Assembly (NCBI GenBank): GCA_049424145.1
Contig: JBMSSC010000001.1
Coordinates: 16,017-80,016 of the forward strand
Length of the DNA stretch: 64,000 bases
Source: Bdellovibrionia bacterium
GTDB lineage: Bacteria > Bdellovibrionota > UBA1018
Direction: 5' to 3'
Both the position numbers and the translations under genes were made by a program. Positions 7,989 to 18,388 of the stretch are shown piece after piece (within the stretch, counting starts at the first letter, position 1; each line of letters opens with the position of its first letter). A model generated the notes under the pieces. It saw nothing but the letters and a program-made list of their open reading frames with translations, did no database searches and was not told the origin of the DNA.

Positions 7989-10004
7989 GTGGAGGTCGAA
8001 GCAGACCAAGGCGTTCGGGTTGCGGTTCCGAGGCCGGTTTATCAATGCTATACGTATCAAACGCCCAGCGCTCTGATTTCCCGGGTCAAAAAAGGCGTTC
8101 GCGTCCAAGTTTCTTTTGGAAAATCAAAGACCCATGCTTTTGTGATGGACGAGCCCAAACCCTTGAGTCCAGAGCTCAAGGCGATTCCCCTGAAGGAGAT
8201 CTTGGAGGTCTTAGATGAGGATCCAGTTTTTCCTTCTGATGTTTTTGAGCTCTGTCAGTGGGCGTCGGAGTACTATGCGACGCCTTTAGGCGAAGTTTTG
8301 GAGCAAGCGTACGCTCAAGGTCATGTCTCAAAAGAGTTCAAACGACCAGCCAAAGCACCCCAGCTCAGTTATGCAAAAGTCCCCAGGCTGAGTTTAAACG
8401 ACGAGCAGAACGCCGCTGTGGAGGGGATCTGGAAACTGGGGCAGCAGCCTTCGTCTTTGAAAGTCGCGCTGCTGCATGGAGTCACTGGAAGCGGAAAAAC
8501 GGAAGTTTACCTGGAGCTGATTGAAAGGACGTTGAATCAAGGCCAGAGCGTTTTGGTGTTGGTGCCTGAGATTGCGTTGACCTCTCAGCTTCATAGGCGC
8601 TTTGAGGAGGGGCTGGGGGTTGCCGTTGGTCTTTGGCACTCGGCCGTTTCAGCCGGCAAGAGAAGAGATCAGCTACAGGCCATAAAAACAGGGGGGCTGA
8701 AAGTCATCGTGGGGGCTCGATCGGCGATTTTTACCCCACTTCCTCGCCTGGGCTTAATTGTGGTGGATGAGGAGCATGATCCGACCTACAAGCAAGAGGA
8801 TCGCTTGGGTTACCAAGCCAGAGATCTGGCCGTGGTTCGAGCCAAGCTCTGTGGGGCGATTGCAGTTTTAGGTTCAGCAACTCCGAGCTATGAAACCTTA
8901 GAGCGAGTGAGGCAAGGGCGATACTCGTCATTTCAGCTGACTCAGCGGGTGGCTCAAAGTAAGCTGCCTGAAATCCGATTGGTGGATTTAACTGAGGAGC
9001 CCCCGGTTGAAAATATTCAAGCGACTTTGGCCCAGAAGACTTTAAGTCAAATTCAGCAGACTTTGGCTCGCGGTGAGCAAGTGATTCTCTATCTGAATCG
9101 CAGGGGTTTTGCAGCGTTTCTTCTTTGTGCCGATTGTAAACACGTGGAGGAATGCACCTTCTGCTCGAGCGCCTTGACGTTTCATAAGAGGGATCGTCAA
9201 CTCAAGTGCCACACCTGTGGATTGCGTCGCCCGGTGCCTGAGAGTTGCCCCAAGTGCAGCGGCTTTGAGCTTAAGCCGATTGGAGCCGGCACAGAGAGTT
9301 TAGAAGAAGAGCTTCCCCGCTTGCTTCCGGAGGTGAAGCTACTTCGGCTGGATCGGGATCAGATTACGAGTACGGGGAGGCTTCAGGCCATTTTAGATGC
9401 CTTTCGAAAGCAAGAAGCCAATCTTCTCTTAGGAACGCAGATGATCGTCAAAGGACATGACTTCCCTCGGGTGACCTTGGTGGTGGTCTTGTTAGCGGAT
9501 GGATTATTTCGGTGGCCAGATTTTAGGGCTCATGAGCGAGCGATTCAGGTTTTAAAGCAAGTGGCGGGACGAGCGGGCAGGGGAGGCGCTTTAGGTCAAG
9601 TGTGGATTCAGACCTATGATGTGGATCATCCGGTTTTAAAGGTGATGGATGGTCGGGAGCCTGAGGCTGAGTTAATGGAGGCGGAACGGAGTCTGCGCCG
9701 GGAGTTGGGATATCCTCCGTTTGGACGTTTAGTGAGGCTCAGGGTGGAGCACGAGCAGGCCGGGGTGGCTCAAAAGCAGGCGCTTGAGGTGGCTCAGAGC
9801 TTAAGATCCTGGGCTTCACTTGGGGTTCAGATTCTGGGCCCTTGCGAGGCGTTTTTAGGCAAACTAGGTGGGATTTATCGATGGGACCTATTGATTAAGT
9901 CAAAGACAATTGAGGATCTCCAGAAACTCCTTCATGCCGGACGAGAGTTTGCCGCAGAGCGTAAGTTTCGTTTGATTGTGGATGTCGATCCGTATGGGAT
10001 CTAA
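7989..10004 (+). CDS. priA: primosomal protein N' (replication restart helicase PriA)
   Basis: Walker A GVTGSGKTEVY, DEEH box (VVDEEHD), Cys-rich zinc-binding insert (CADCKHVEECTFCSS…CHTCG…CPKCSG). GTG start. Confidence 0.9.
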   Translation: MEVEADQGVRVAVPRPVYQCYTYQTPSALISRVKKGVRVQVSFGKSKTHAFVMDEPKPLSPELKAIPLKEILEVLDEDPVFPSDVFELCQWASEYYATPLGEVLEQAYAQGHVSKEFKRPAKAPQLSYAKVPRLSLNDEQNAAVEGIWKLGQQPSSLKVALLHGVTGSGKTEVYLELIERTLNQGQSVLVLVPEIALTSQLHRRFEEGLGVAVGLWHSAVSAGKRRDQLQAIKTGGLKVIVGARSAIFTPLPRLGLIVVDEEHDPTYKQEDRLGYQARDLAVVRAKLCGAIAVLGSATPSYETLERVRQGRYSSFQLTQRVAQSKLPEIRLVDLTEEPPVENIQATLAQKTLSQIQQTLARGEQVILYLNRRGFAAFLLCADCKHVEECTFCSSALTFHKRDRQLKCHTCGLRRPVPESCPKCSGFELKPIGAGTESLEEELPRLLPEVKLLRLDRDQITSTGRLQAILDAFRKQEANLLLGTQMIVKGHDFPRVTLVVVLLADGLFRWPDFRAHERAIQVLKQVAGRAGRGGALGQVWIQTYDVDHPVLKVMDGREPEAELMEAERSLRRELGYPPFGRLVRLRVEHEQAGVAQKQALEVAQSLRSWASLGVQILGPCEAFLGKLGGIYRWDLLIKSKTIEDLQKLLHAGREFAAERKFRLIVDVDPYGI

Positions 10005-10028
10005 AGCGATCTTGGATATAATGGAAAG

Positions 10029-10808
10029 ATGGAGAGTCGAAACAAAGAATCCAAGATCCCCACTGAGCTTGAAAAAGCGCTGAATAAAAAAATCCTATCC
10101 CAGTCGGTTCGAAAACGAGTGGAAGAAGAGCAGATTCGCTTAGAGCAGGAGCGACAAAGCAAGCTTCTGGCCATGCGAATTGAGATCGCGCGCGCGGGAA
10201 TGGCTGCCTTTGAGAGGCGGGAGATGAACGATGCGGTGAAGAATTTTTTTCTTTACTTAAAGATCCTTGAGAAGACGAAAAAAATTCCAGAAGGAACTCT
10301 ATCTCCTGAGCATTTTGATAAGTCGACTGAGGCAGTGGAGATGCTCACCGTCAGTAGCATCTATTGGGACCTCGTGCGTTTGTTTGATAAGGGCACTTCG
10401 GCTGAGAAAAATAAAGAGTTTCTCAAGTTTATGGAAAAGTACCTGCTATTTTCCAAGGGGATGCCCTATGAGTCGATGTGTGCGGAAGCCGTTCGAAAGT
10501 ACTTAGAAAAAGACAAAGCCGTTCACAAAGATGCCTTTCGGAATGCCTATAAAGTCTTAGGCGGAAAGACGCGGTGCTTTGTGGTGACCTCGCTCGTGGA
10601 TGTCATTGAGTTTGAGACCTTATCCACGCTCCGGCAGTTTCGGGATCAGGTTTTACGGGAAAGCCCCCGGGGGAGGCGCTTCATCGTGTGGTACTACCAA
10701 CACGGCAAACACTTGGCCCAGCTCTTAGATCGATCCCCTCGTTTCATTCGGGTTCTGACCGCTCGTCTGCTCAATGCCCTGGCCGGGGTGATTCGCTGGT
10801 ATCAATGA
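10029..10808 (+). CDS. hypothetical protein (coiled-coil N-terminal region, conserved-looking C-terminal region)
   Basis: 259-aa ORF. Good coding periodicity. No family assigned. Confidence 0.5.
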   Translation: MESRNKESKIPTELEKALNKKILSQSVRKRVEEEQIRLEQERQSKLLAMRIEIARAGMAAFERREMNDAVKNFFLYLKILEKTKKIPEGTLSPEHFDKSTEAVEMLTVSSIYWDLVRLFDKGTSAEKNKEFLKFMEKYLLFSKGMPYESMCAEAVRKYLEKDKAVHKDAFRNAYKVLGGKTRCFVVTSLVDVIEFETLSTLRQFRDQVLRESPRGRRFIVWYYQHGKHLAQLLDRSPRFIRVLTARLLNALAGVIRWYQ

Positions 10809-11581
10809 AGGACTTTGCCAATTCGCTCGGGTCTAAAGGTGAACTCGTTCCAGCCAATGGAGTGGGAGGCCCAAATGAACAGGGCTTTTCCCTTCACGTT
10901 TTTCAGAGGTACAAAGCCCCAGAACCGGCTGTCATTGGATAAATCCCGATTGTCCCCCATCACAAAGAGGTTGTCCGGTGGAACCGTGATGGGACCAAAG
11001 GACTCACTGATGTAGTTGGTCTTATCGATAAAAATGGGGTGATCGACTCCGTCTAAGTGTTCCACGTAATAATCTAAGTTCGAGGAGTTGTAGTGGGGGT
11101 TCCCCAAGGATTGAAACAGTCGATCAATTTCAGCTCCGGTGACTTGATCCCGTGCAATGGGTTTTTGATTGATGTAGAGAACTTTGTTTTTAATCTCCAC
11201 CGTGTCTCCAGGCACGCCGATGACGCGCTTAATGAAGTAGAGGTCTTCGTCTTTGGGGAATTTAAAGACGACAATGTCCCCACGCTTGGGGGGGTCCCGC
11301 TGGATCACATAGATGGGGTGATCAGTGAGGTTATCGGAAAAAGGGATTTTCAGGCCGTAGGAGAATTTGTTGACAAAAATATGATCCCCAATAAAAAGAG
11401 TCGGAATCATGGATCCTGTGGGGATTTTAAATGCCTCGATGATGCTGGAGCGGATCATCAGAATAATAAAAAGAGAGAGTCCCAGGGAAATGACGTTCTC
11501 TAGAATCCACTTTTTTGGAGATTCTTTGGGGGAAGACGAAGCAGCAGAAGATGGCGTTGAAGAATCGAGTCCTGACATCAT
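10802..11581 (-). CDS. lepB: signal peptidase I
   Basis: S26 motifs: GSMIPTL (catalytic Ser region), RGDIVVFKFP, and GDNRDLSNDSRFWGFVP. Confidence 0.9.
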   Translation of the reverse strand: MMSGLDSSTPSSAASSSPKESPKKWILENVISLGLSLFIILMIRSSIIEAFKIPTGSMIPTLFIGDHIFVNKFSYGLKIPFSDNLTDHPIYVIQRDPPKRGDIVVFKFPKDEDLYFIKRVIGVPGDTVEIKNKVLYINQKPIARDQVTGAEIDRLFQSLGNPHYNSSNLDYYVEHLDGVDHPIFIDKTNYISESFGPITVPPDNLFVMGDNRDLSNDSRFWGFVPLKNVKGKALFIWASHSIGWNEFTFRPERIGKVLH

Positions 11582-11653
11582 ATGAAAGTGACATTAACTC
11601 GAGTTGATCCTAAGTTACACTGAAATTCACAGTTTTCTGCTCTACTTTAGGGG

Positions 11654-12754
11654 GTGAATCGCTTAATCTCAGGGTTCATGAAGACATTGGATCGGTATGT
11701 TCTTGGGATTTTCATTAAAAACCTCATGGTGGCCCTTTTGGGTCTGGGGGCCTTATTTTTTTTTCAATCCATCTTCACCGACCTTTATAATCAGAACCAT
11801 CAAGCCAAGCAGATTCTCTATTACCATGCTTTGAGTATCCCGCAGATCCTGGTTCAGATGAGCCCCCCGGCGGTTTTGATGGCCACGGTTTTAACTTTAT
11901 CTGGGCTTTCTCGAACGGGAGAGTTGGTGGCGTGTTACTCGATTGGATACGGGGTTCAAGCCTTGATGGTGAGGATTTTGGCTGCGGTTTTAGTGGTCTG
12001 CTGCTTTATTCTCGTGCTTGAGGACCGGATTTTACCTCCCTTTCACAGGAAGAAAACGAGTTACTTTTGGCGCGAAATGGAGCGACGCCCCGATTTCTTT
12101 CTCGACATCAAAAGCGACAAGGTTTGGTACCGATCGAAGAACATGATTTATAACTTACGCCTGTTTGATGCGGCCTCCAAGATGATTCACGGAATGACCC
12201 TGTACACGTTTGATGAACAATTTAACTTGCTGCAGGTGGTGGATGCTGAAAAAGCCGTTTTCGTGGGTAAAAGCTGGAAACTCCAGAACGGCATTGTCAC
12301 CTTGTTTTCAAAGGATCATTTATTCCCTCTATCTCAACGGTTTATTGAGAAAAACGTAGTGATTGCGGAGACTCCCAAAGATTTTCAGGAGATTGAAAAA
12401 GAAGTCGATGCCCTGAGATTCAAGGAGCTCAAGCAGTACATTCAGAGAATGAAGCAAGCAGGCGGTGATACGAAGTCCTTTGAAGTGAAGTACCACGCTC
12501 GCTACAGCGTTAGCTTTCTTGCTCTGGTGTTTTGTCTTTTGGCCATTCCCTTTTCTCTCTCGAGTCGAAGGCAGGAGGGGCTGGCTCGGGATTTGGTGAT
12601 TTGCCTCATTCTGACCTTTTTTTATTGGCTTTTCTTCTCAGTCAGTTTATCCCTAGGATCAAAAGGCGCGATGCCTCCCTGGTTAGCGGCATGGTTACCC
12701 AGCTTTATCTTCATGATTTTGGGGGCGACGCTCATTGCGCGCAGAGTTGAATAA
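11654..12754 (+). CDS. LptF/LptG-family (YjgP/YjgQ) LPS export permease
   Basis: 366 aa. N-terminal LDRYVLGIFIKNL, three TM segments, a periplasmic beta-jellyroll-sized insert, then three C-terminal TM segments. Confidence 0.8.
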   Translation: MNRLISGFMKTLDRYVLGIFIKNLMVALLGLGALFFFQSIFTDLYNQNHQAKQILYYHALSIPQILVQMSPPAVLMATVLTLSGLSRTGELVACYSIGYGVQALMVRILAAVLVVCCFILVLEDRILPPFHRKKTSYFWREMERRPDFFLDIKSDKVWYRSKNMIYNLRLFDAASKMIHGMTLYTFDEQFNLLQVVDAEKAVFVGKSWKLQNGIVTLFSKDHLFPLSQRFIEKNVVIAETPKDFQEIEKEVDALRFKELKQYIQRMKQAGGDTKSFEVKYHARYSVSFLALVFCLLAIPFSLSSRRQEGLARDLVICLILTFFYWLFFSVSLSLGSKGAMPPWLAAWLPSFIFMILGATLIARRVE

Positions 12755-12755
12755 A

Positions 12756-13385
12756 ATGGCAAAATTAAAGATTTACACTTTTCCAGATGATGTTTTAGCA
12801 AAAAAAGCTCAGCCGATTGCCCATGTGGATCGCTCTTATTACCGAATTGCTGATGACATGTTAGAGACGATGTACTTTGCTCCGGGAATCGGATTAGCGG
12901 CCAATCAGGTGGGGATTTTAAGCCGTATCCTGGTGATTGATGTCGATTATGATCTGGAGGAGATCGAGGAAGGGGCTCAGGCAGGTGCTGAGGTGGTGGG
13001 CAGCAGTGTAATTAAGAATAAGAAACCCCAGATCATCATCAACCCAGAGATCGTCCACCGGGAGGGAAATATCCTGTTTTCAGAGGGATGCTTGTCTGTT
13101 CCTGAGTACACCGCTGAAGTGAAGCGTGCGGAGAAGTTAAAGCTGTCTTATCAGGACGTGGATGGGGTGAGTCGGACGCTCAGTGCTGAAGGGCTTTTGG
13201 CCGTTGCCATTCAGCATGAGATGGATCATTTAGATGGAAAACTGTTTATTGATCGACTGAGTCCGTTGAAAAAAGAGATGGTAAAAAAGAAACTCAGGCA
13301 AGAGCGTTTGGAGAGAGAAAGCGACGAAGAACTGGGTTCACCCCTACTTCAGCCCCTGGCTACGAAAAAATCCAAAGGAATTTAG
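12756..13385 (+). CDS. def: peptide deformylase (with a Lys/Glu-rich C-terminal tail)
   Basis: Motifs GIGLAANQVG, EGCLSVP and QHEMDHLDG. I chose the ATG at 12756, just after the LptF/G stop. Confidence 0.9.
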   Translation: MAKLKIYTFPDDVLAKKAQPIAHVDRSYYRIADDMLETMYFAPGIGLAANQVGILSRILVIDVDYDLEEIEEGAQAGAEVVGSSVIKNKKPQIIINPEIVHREGNILFSEGCLSVPEYTAEVKRAEKLKLSYQDVDGVSRTLSAEGLLAVAIQHEMDHLDGKLFIDRLSPLKKEMVKKKLRQERLERESDEELGSPLLQPLATKKSKGI

Positions 13386-13388
13386 TTC

Positions 13389-14336
13389 ATGCTCCGAGTT
13401 GTATTGATGGGCACTCCCGAGTTTGCTGTTCCCTCCCTGGTTGAGGTGGCCAAGCGTCATCAGGTGGTTGCCGTGTACACGCAGCCCGATAAGCCCGTGG
13501 GTCGAGGTTTGGAGATGAAGTCTTCGGCCGTGAAGGTGAAGGCCTTGGAGTTGGGTATCCCGGTGTTTCAGCCTGAAAAGCTTTCTATGGAAGGAGAGTG
13601 GGAGAGGCTTGCTCAATTGAATCCGGATGTGATCGTGGTGGTGGCCTATGGGCAGATTCTGCGAAAAAACGTGCTCACGCTTCCCCGTTTGGGATGCATC
13701 AATGTGCACTCGTCGTTATTGCCTAGGTGGAGGGGGGCTGCTCCTATTCAATGGTCGATCCTAGCAGGGGATGTGCAGACGGGGGTGACCACCATGCGCT
13801 TAGTGGAAAAGTTGGATGCTGGCGATATTTTACTTCAGAAAAAAACGCCCATTACTTCTGAGGATACGGCTGAAACCCTGCATGATCGATTGGCGCTCAT
13901 GGGCGCAGAGCTGTTGATTCCTACTTTAGAAGGACTGGCCCAAGGAACGTTAAAGGGGATTGCCCAAGAGGAATCGCAAGTCACCTATGCGGCTAAGCTC
14001 ACGAAGTCCATGGAAGTCTTAGATCCCAATCAGTCGGCTGAAGAGCTGGCCCGGCGCGTGCGTGCCTTAAATCCTTGGCCGGGAACGATTTTAAACTTCC
14101 AGCCCCGAATTAAGATCAAGCAAGCTCAAGCGCATCCCGATCTCCACGGTCACGTGGGGCAGATCTATGAGAAAGCAGGAATGCTTCTTTTAGGGACTGA
14201 GCGCGGAGCCCTTCAGCTCCTGCGTTTGAGCTGGGAGGGGAAAAAAGAAGTGGATGCCAGTGGGTTTTTAAATGGACTAAAAGGACGCGGACAGAAGCTT
14301 CCCTTGAGCACTCACAAAGTGGGTCCGATCAGCTGA
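13389..14336 (+). CDS. fmt: methionyl-tRNA formyltransferase
   Basis: Sits immediately after def. Formyltransferase N-terminal domain (INVHSSLLPRWRGAAPIQ) and C-terminal domain. Confidence 0.9.
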   Translation: MLRVVLMGTPEFAVPSLVEVAKRHQVVAVYTQPDKPVGRGLEMKSSAVKVKALELGIPVFQPEKLSMEGEWERLAQLNPDVIVVVAYGQILRKNVLTLPRLGCINVHSSLLPRWRGAAPIQWSILAGDVQTGVTTMRLVEKLDAGDILLQKKTPITSEDTAETLHDRLALMGAELLIPTLEGLAQGTLKGIAQEESQVTYAAKLTKSMEVLDPNQSAEELARRVRALNPWPGTILNFQPRIKIKQAQAHPDLHGHVGQIYEKAGMLLLGTERGALQLLRLSWEGKKEVDASGFLNGLKGRGQKLPLSTHKVGPIS

Positions 14337-14364
14337 AGGTTTTTGTAAAAACCCAGCATGCCGA

Positions 14365-14721
14365 TCAGTGATTGAAGCTTTTGATGGCTCGATCCTCAGA
14401 TTCGTAGAACTGAAACTCCTTGGATTCGTCAAATGCTTGAATCACCTTTCGAAACTCACTTTTTACGTTGCAGTAGCGAGGAAGCTGAGGGGCTGAGGAG
14501 TTGAATTCTTTTAAGGTTTGGATGAATGAGGAGATTCCGCTGGATCCCACGAAATCTAGGTTTTCTAAGTTAAAAATAATCTTTTGAGGGGTCGAGTCCT
14601 GGTGCTCCTGCCCTGTGAGTCGATTCAAGTCTTCGCGTAAGGGGAGGTAAGTATCAAAGTCGAGTTTCCCTTCCATGGCCACAATAATGGTATCGCCCGA
14701 TTTTTTGATTTGAGTCTTCAT
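14365..14721 (-). CDS. STAS-domain protein (anti-sigma-factor antagonist, SpoIIAA-like)
   Basis: 118 aa. The pattern …GKLDFDTYLPLREDL…LENLDFVGSSGISSFI matches the STAS fold, including the phosphorylatable Ser region. Confidence 0.7.
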   Translation of the reverse strand: MKTQIKKSGDTIIVAMEGKLDFDTYLPLREDLNRLTGQEHQDSTPQKIIFNLENLDFVGSSGISSFIQTLKEFNSSAPQLPRYCNVKSEFRKVIQAFDESKEFQFYESEDRAIKSFNH

Positions 14722-14885
14722 GGATCTTTCTCCTTGGATTGTCTTTTATTTTAGATAAAAAACGAAGTCCTTGCCAAGAGGCAAAAACTGCCGCTTGAGG
14801 CCATGATGGCTAAGGTTTGTGAGAGACTTCGCATGAAGAAGAGAGAATCGCTTGACGTTTTTTTTAGTGATTCAATGCGTGGAAT

Positions 14886-16400
14886 TTAAAATTGAAGTAA
14901 TTCCCCCGATTGAATCAGCTCTTCAATGGGTCCATAGTCGGGGTAAAATGGCCGATCCTGAGTCAGCTGGGGCACTTTTTGTCTGATTCTCCTATGAACG
15001 CACTCCAGGCGTGAGGACGTTTTCAGGGGCCTTAACAGATCAATGCCTTGAGCTGCCCCAAGGAGCTCAAAGGTTAAGATTTTTCTGACATTCGCAATCA
15101 CGCGTGAGGCTTTTCGTGCAGCCCAGGCTCCCATGCTGACATGATCCTCTTTGTCTGCAGAGGTGGGGATGGAATCAACGCTGGCAGGGTGACAAAGGGT
15201 CTTATTCTCAGAGGCTAAGGCGGCTGAAGCAACGTGGACGATCATAAACCCACTGTTCGTTCCGCCTTCGAGCGTGAGAAAGGCAGGGAGATCAGAAAAG
15301 GTCGAGTTGACTAATTTGGCCAGCCGCTGCTCGGAGATGCTTCCCAGCTCAGAGACTGAAATGGCTAAAAGATCCATGGCAATGGCCAGGGTTTGGCCGT
15401 GAAAGTTTCCTCCACTTAAGATTTTCCCTTGTTCCGGAAAAATCAAAGGATTATCGGTCACCGAGTTGATTTCTCGCTCTAAGACTTGTTGAACGTAGGA
15501 GAGGGCATCGAGGCTGGCTCCATGAACTTGAGGCATGCAGCGCAGGCTGTAGGGATCTTGAACTTTTCCGCACCCCGAGTGGCTTTGAGAAATCTCACTC
15601 GGTCCCTCGTCACAAAGCAGCCAGGAGCGCAGTGTTTCAGCCACTTGGATTTGCCCGGGATGGGCTCGGACGGCGTGAATCTCAGGCTCAAAGGCCTGCG
15701 TGGTGCCTCGAAGGGCCTCTAAACTCATGGCGCCTGCAAGGTGGGAGACTTGAGCGAGTCTCTGGGCCTCGTGCCAATTGAGCACTCCGAGTGCTGTCAT
15801 GAATTGGGTGCCATTGATGAGAGCAATACCTTCTTTGGGTCCTAGGACGAGAGGTTTGAGTCCTGCTCTTTTTAGGGCCTCCGCTCCGCTGACCACTTGA
15901 TGTTTCACTCTGGCTTGGCCCTCTCCAATGAGAACTAGGGCCAAGTGAGCCAACGGAGCTAAGTCTCCACTGGCTCCCACGGAGCCTTGCTCCGGAATGC
16001 AGGGATGAACTCCCGCATTTAAAAGCGCTAGGATCTGCTCGACCAGGGGGACGCTGACGCCTGAGTGCCCCTGGGCCAAGTTGGCTGCACGGAGCAAGAG
16101 CATGGCTCGTACGGGGGCCTCCTCGAGCTCAGGGCCCACACCACAGGCATGAGAGCGCAGGAGGTTGAGCTGAAGTGCTCCGAGTTGTTCAGCGGGAATC
16201 TTGACCTGAGCCAGGGAGCCGAACCCCGTATTGATCCCATAGTAGGTTCCCCCTTTCTTCAGTTCATTTTGCAGAAATTGATGAGCGCTTTTTATCCTCG
16301 TTCTTGCCCCTTGGGAAAGCTCCACACGTCGGTTTTGATAGGCGACTTCCACTACATCCTGGAGCGTCAAGGGCTGATGCCCAAGTCTCAGTGAGTCCAT
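14886..16400 (-). CDS. hutH: histidine ammonia-lyase
   Basis: 504 aa. MIO-forming Ala-Ser-Gly triad inside GSVGASGDLAPLAHLA. The rest matches aromatic amino-acid lyases. Confidence 0.9.
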   Translation of the reverse strand: MDSLRLGHQPLTLQDVVEVAYQNRRVELSQGARTRIKSAHQFLQNELKKGGTYYGINTGFGSLAQVKIPAEQLGALQLNLLRSHACGVGPELEEAPVRAMLLLRAANLAQGHSGVSVPLVEQILALLNAGVHPCIPEQGSVGASGDLAPLAHLALVLIGEGQARVKHQVVSGAEALKRAGLKPLVLGPKEGIALINGTQFMTALGVLNWHEAQRLAQVSHLAGAMSLEALRGTTQAFEPEIHAVRAHPGQIQVAETLRSWLLCDEGPSEISQSHSGCGKVQDPYSLRCMPQVHGASLDALSYVQQVLEREINSVTDNPLIFPEQGKILSGGNFHGQTLAIAMDLLAISVSELGSISEQRLAKLVNSTFSDLPAFLTLEGGTNSGFMIVHVASAALASENKTLCHPASVDSIPTSADKEDHVSMGAWAARKASRVIANVRKILTFELLGAAQGIDLLRPLKTSSRLECVHRRIRQKVPQLTQDRPFYPDYGPIEELIQSGELLQF

Positions 16401-16440
16401 GTCGTACCCTCCCCCTTCCCTTTTTTATTTTAAAACAGGT

Positions 16441-17091
16441 TCAAAGCAAAGCTCTCAGTCGTGCCAGGGCCGCCGCCCGATCCGGAGCTCCAAAAATCGC
16501 TGAGCCTGCGACAAAAACGTCGGTTCCCGCTTGGCGGAGTGCGGCGATGTTTTCCAGTTGAATCCCCCCATCCACTTGAATGAAAAAGCGCCGGTGTTTT
16601 CGCATCTGCACTAAACGCTCAATTTTGGAGAGGGTGCTTGGAATGAGTTTTTGTCCCCCAAACCCTGGATTGACACTCATGAGCAGCACCAAATCCACAT
16701 CATCCAAGACCTCTTCAATGGCAGAAAGCGGTGTGGCCGGATTGAGGGACACTCCAGCCTTACAGCCTTCCTCTTTGATTTGGTAGATGAGCCGATGCAA
16801 GTGGGTTGCCGCCTCAGCATGAACCGTGATCCAGGAGGCTCCTGCTTGGGCAAACGGTCGAATCCAATCCTCGGGTCGACAAACCATGAGGTGACAATCT
16901 AAAGGGAGCTTCGTCCAAGGCTGAATCGTCTGAACGATGTCTGGACCAAAGGTCAAGTTGGGAACAAAATGACCATCCATGATATCGATGTGAAGCCAGT
17001 CAGCTCCGGCTGCGCTCACTTCTTGGACTTCCTGGGCGAGCTTGGAGAAATCAGCAGATAAAAGGGAAGGAGCAATCAGGGCACGTTTCAT
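16441..17091 (-). CDS. rpe: ribulose-phosphate 3-epimerase
   Basis: APSLLSADF, HIDIMDGHFVPN, HLMV, VDGG. Classic Rpe TIM-barrel signatures. Confidence 0.9.
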   Translation of the reverse strand: MKRALIAPSLLSADFSKLAQEVQEVSAAGADWLHIDIMDGHFVPNLTFGPDIVQTIQPWTKLPLDCHLMVCRPEDWIRPFAQAGASWITVHAEAATHLHRLIYQIKEEGCKAGVSLNPATPLSAIEEVLDDVDLVLLMSVNPGFGGQKLIPSTLSKIERLVQMRKHRRFFIQVDGGIQLENIAALRQAGTDVFVAGSAIFGAPDRAAALARLRALL

Positions 17092-17158
17092 GAGCTTCGA
17101 TCATAGCACTGTTGTTGAAAATCTTCCAAAAAACGCAAGCCCACGCTAAGATTTTCTC

Positions 17159-18388
17159 ATGATCAAAGTCCTTGTGCATGCCTCAGAAATCTTAACTGGC
17201 TCAGGAGTGCGCCTGAAAGACGGAAGAAAAGTCGGAGAAGAGGACTTAGGTCGGATCGAAGATGGTGCAGTGGTCTACAGCGTCAAACGGCGTGGAAAAA
17301 AAGAAATTCCCGACCGAATTGAGTGGGTGGGAAAAACCTCCGAGCTCCCCAAGTCGTGGGTGAAGCTTAAAAAAACCGACTTAAAAGGAGAAAGAGCAAT
17401 TGTTCCTGGCCTTGTGGATTGTCACAATCACCTGATTTTCAGTGGCAGTCGTGCCAATGAGTTTTCAGCGCGGTGCGCGGGGGCAACCTATGAGCAGATC
17501 GCACAACAAGGAGGAGGCATTCTCTCGACGGTGAGATCCACTCGCATGGCCACTGAACGCGAGTTGGAACAATTGGCCACCCAACGGCTAGCTCAACTGT
17601 TTGCCCAAGGCGTGAGAACGGTGGAAATAAAAAGTGGCTATGGGCTCTCCTCAGAGTCGGAGCTGAAGATTCTCAAGGTCATCCCGCGACTCCGCAAGAG
17701 GTTTCCTGAGATGACTCTGCGTGCAACGTTCTTAGGAGCACATGCGTTTCCCCCGGATCAAACGCGCGCCTCTTATGTCAGAGAGATCGTGGAGGTGATG
17801 CTCCCTCAAGTGAGTCAGCAAGGGCTTGCTGACTCCTGCGATGTGTTCATTGATTCAGGCTATTTTACGCTCTCAGAGGGAAGAAAGATTCTCACCAAAG
17901 CCCAAAAACTGGGCCTGAAAATCAAGGTCCATGCGGATGAACTGAGCCGCACGGATGCTTCTGTTCTCGCCGCACAGATGGGTGCGTTATCCGCAGACCA
18001 TCTGCTTCAGATCTCTCAACGAGGGATTGAAGCCTTAGCGGGCTCGCAAACCGTGGCTGTCTTATTACCTGGAACCGCGTTTTTTCTCCAGCGACCTCAG
18101 GCACCTGCCCGAAAATTGATTGACGCGGGTGCTTGTGTGGCAATTGCAACGGATTTTAACCCAGGCACCTGTTTCTGTCTTTCGTTGCCTGCGATTCTCA
18201 CGATTGCAGCCCTGCAGTTGGGGCTTTCCTCCGCTGAGCTTTTTGCTGCTGTTACCTACAATGCGGCCAAAGCTCTGGGGCTTGAGCAGTCCAAAGGAAC
18301 CATTGAGCCCGGGCGTGATGCTGATTTTTGGGTGATGCCGTTTACTTGCTTTGAAGAGGTTTACTATCGCTTGGCTTGGGCTTTTTGA
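17159..18388 (+). CDS. hutI: imidazolonepropionase
   Basis: Amidohydrolase metal ligands (GLVDCHNHL, …KVHADE…, ATDFNPG) and overall HutI-like length. Confidence 0.85.
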   Translation: MIKVLVHASEILTGSGVRLKDGRKVGEEDLGRIEDGAVVYSVKRRGKKEIPDRIEWVGKTSELPKSWVKLKKTDLKGERAIVPGLVDCHNHLIFSGSRANEFSARCAGATYEQIAQQGGGILSTVRSTRMATERELEQLATQRLAQLFAQGVRTVEIKSGYGLSSESELKILKVIPRLRKRFPEMTLRATFLGAHAFPPDQTRASYVREIVEVMLPQVSQQGLADSCDVFIDSGYFTLSEGRKILTKAQKLGLKIKVHADELSRTDASVLAAQMGALSADHLLQISQRGIEALAGSQTVAVLLPGTAFFLQRPQAPARKLIDAGACVAIATDFNPGTCFCLSLPAILTIAALQLGLSSAELFAAVTYNAAKALGLEQSKGTIEPGRDADFWVMPFTCFEEVYYRLAWAF

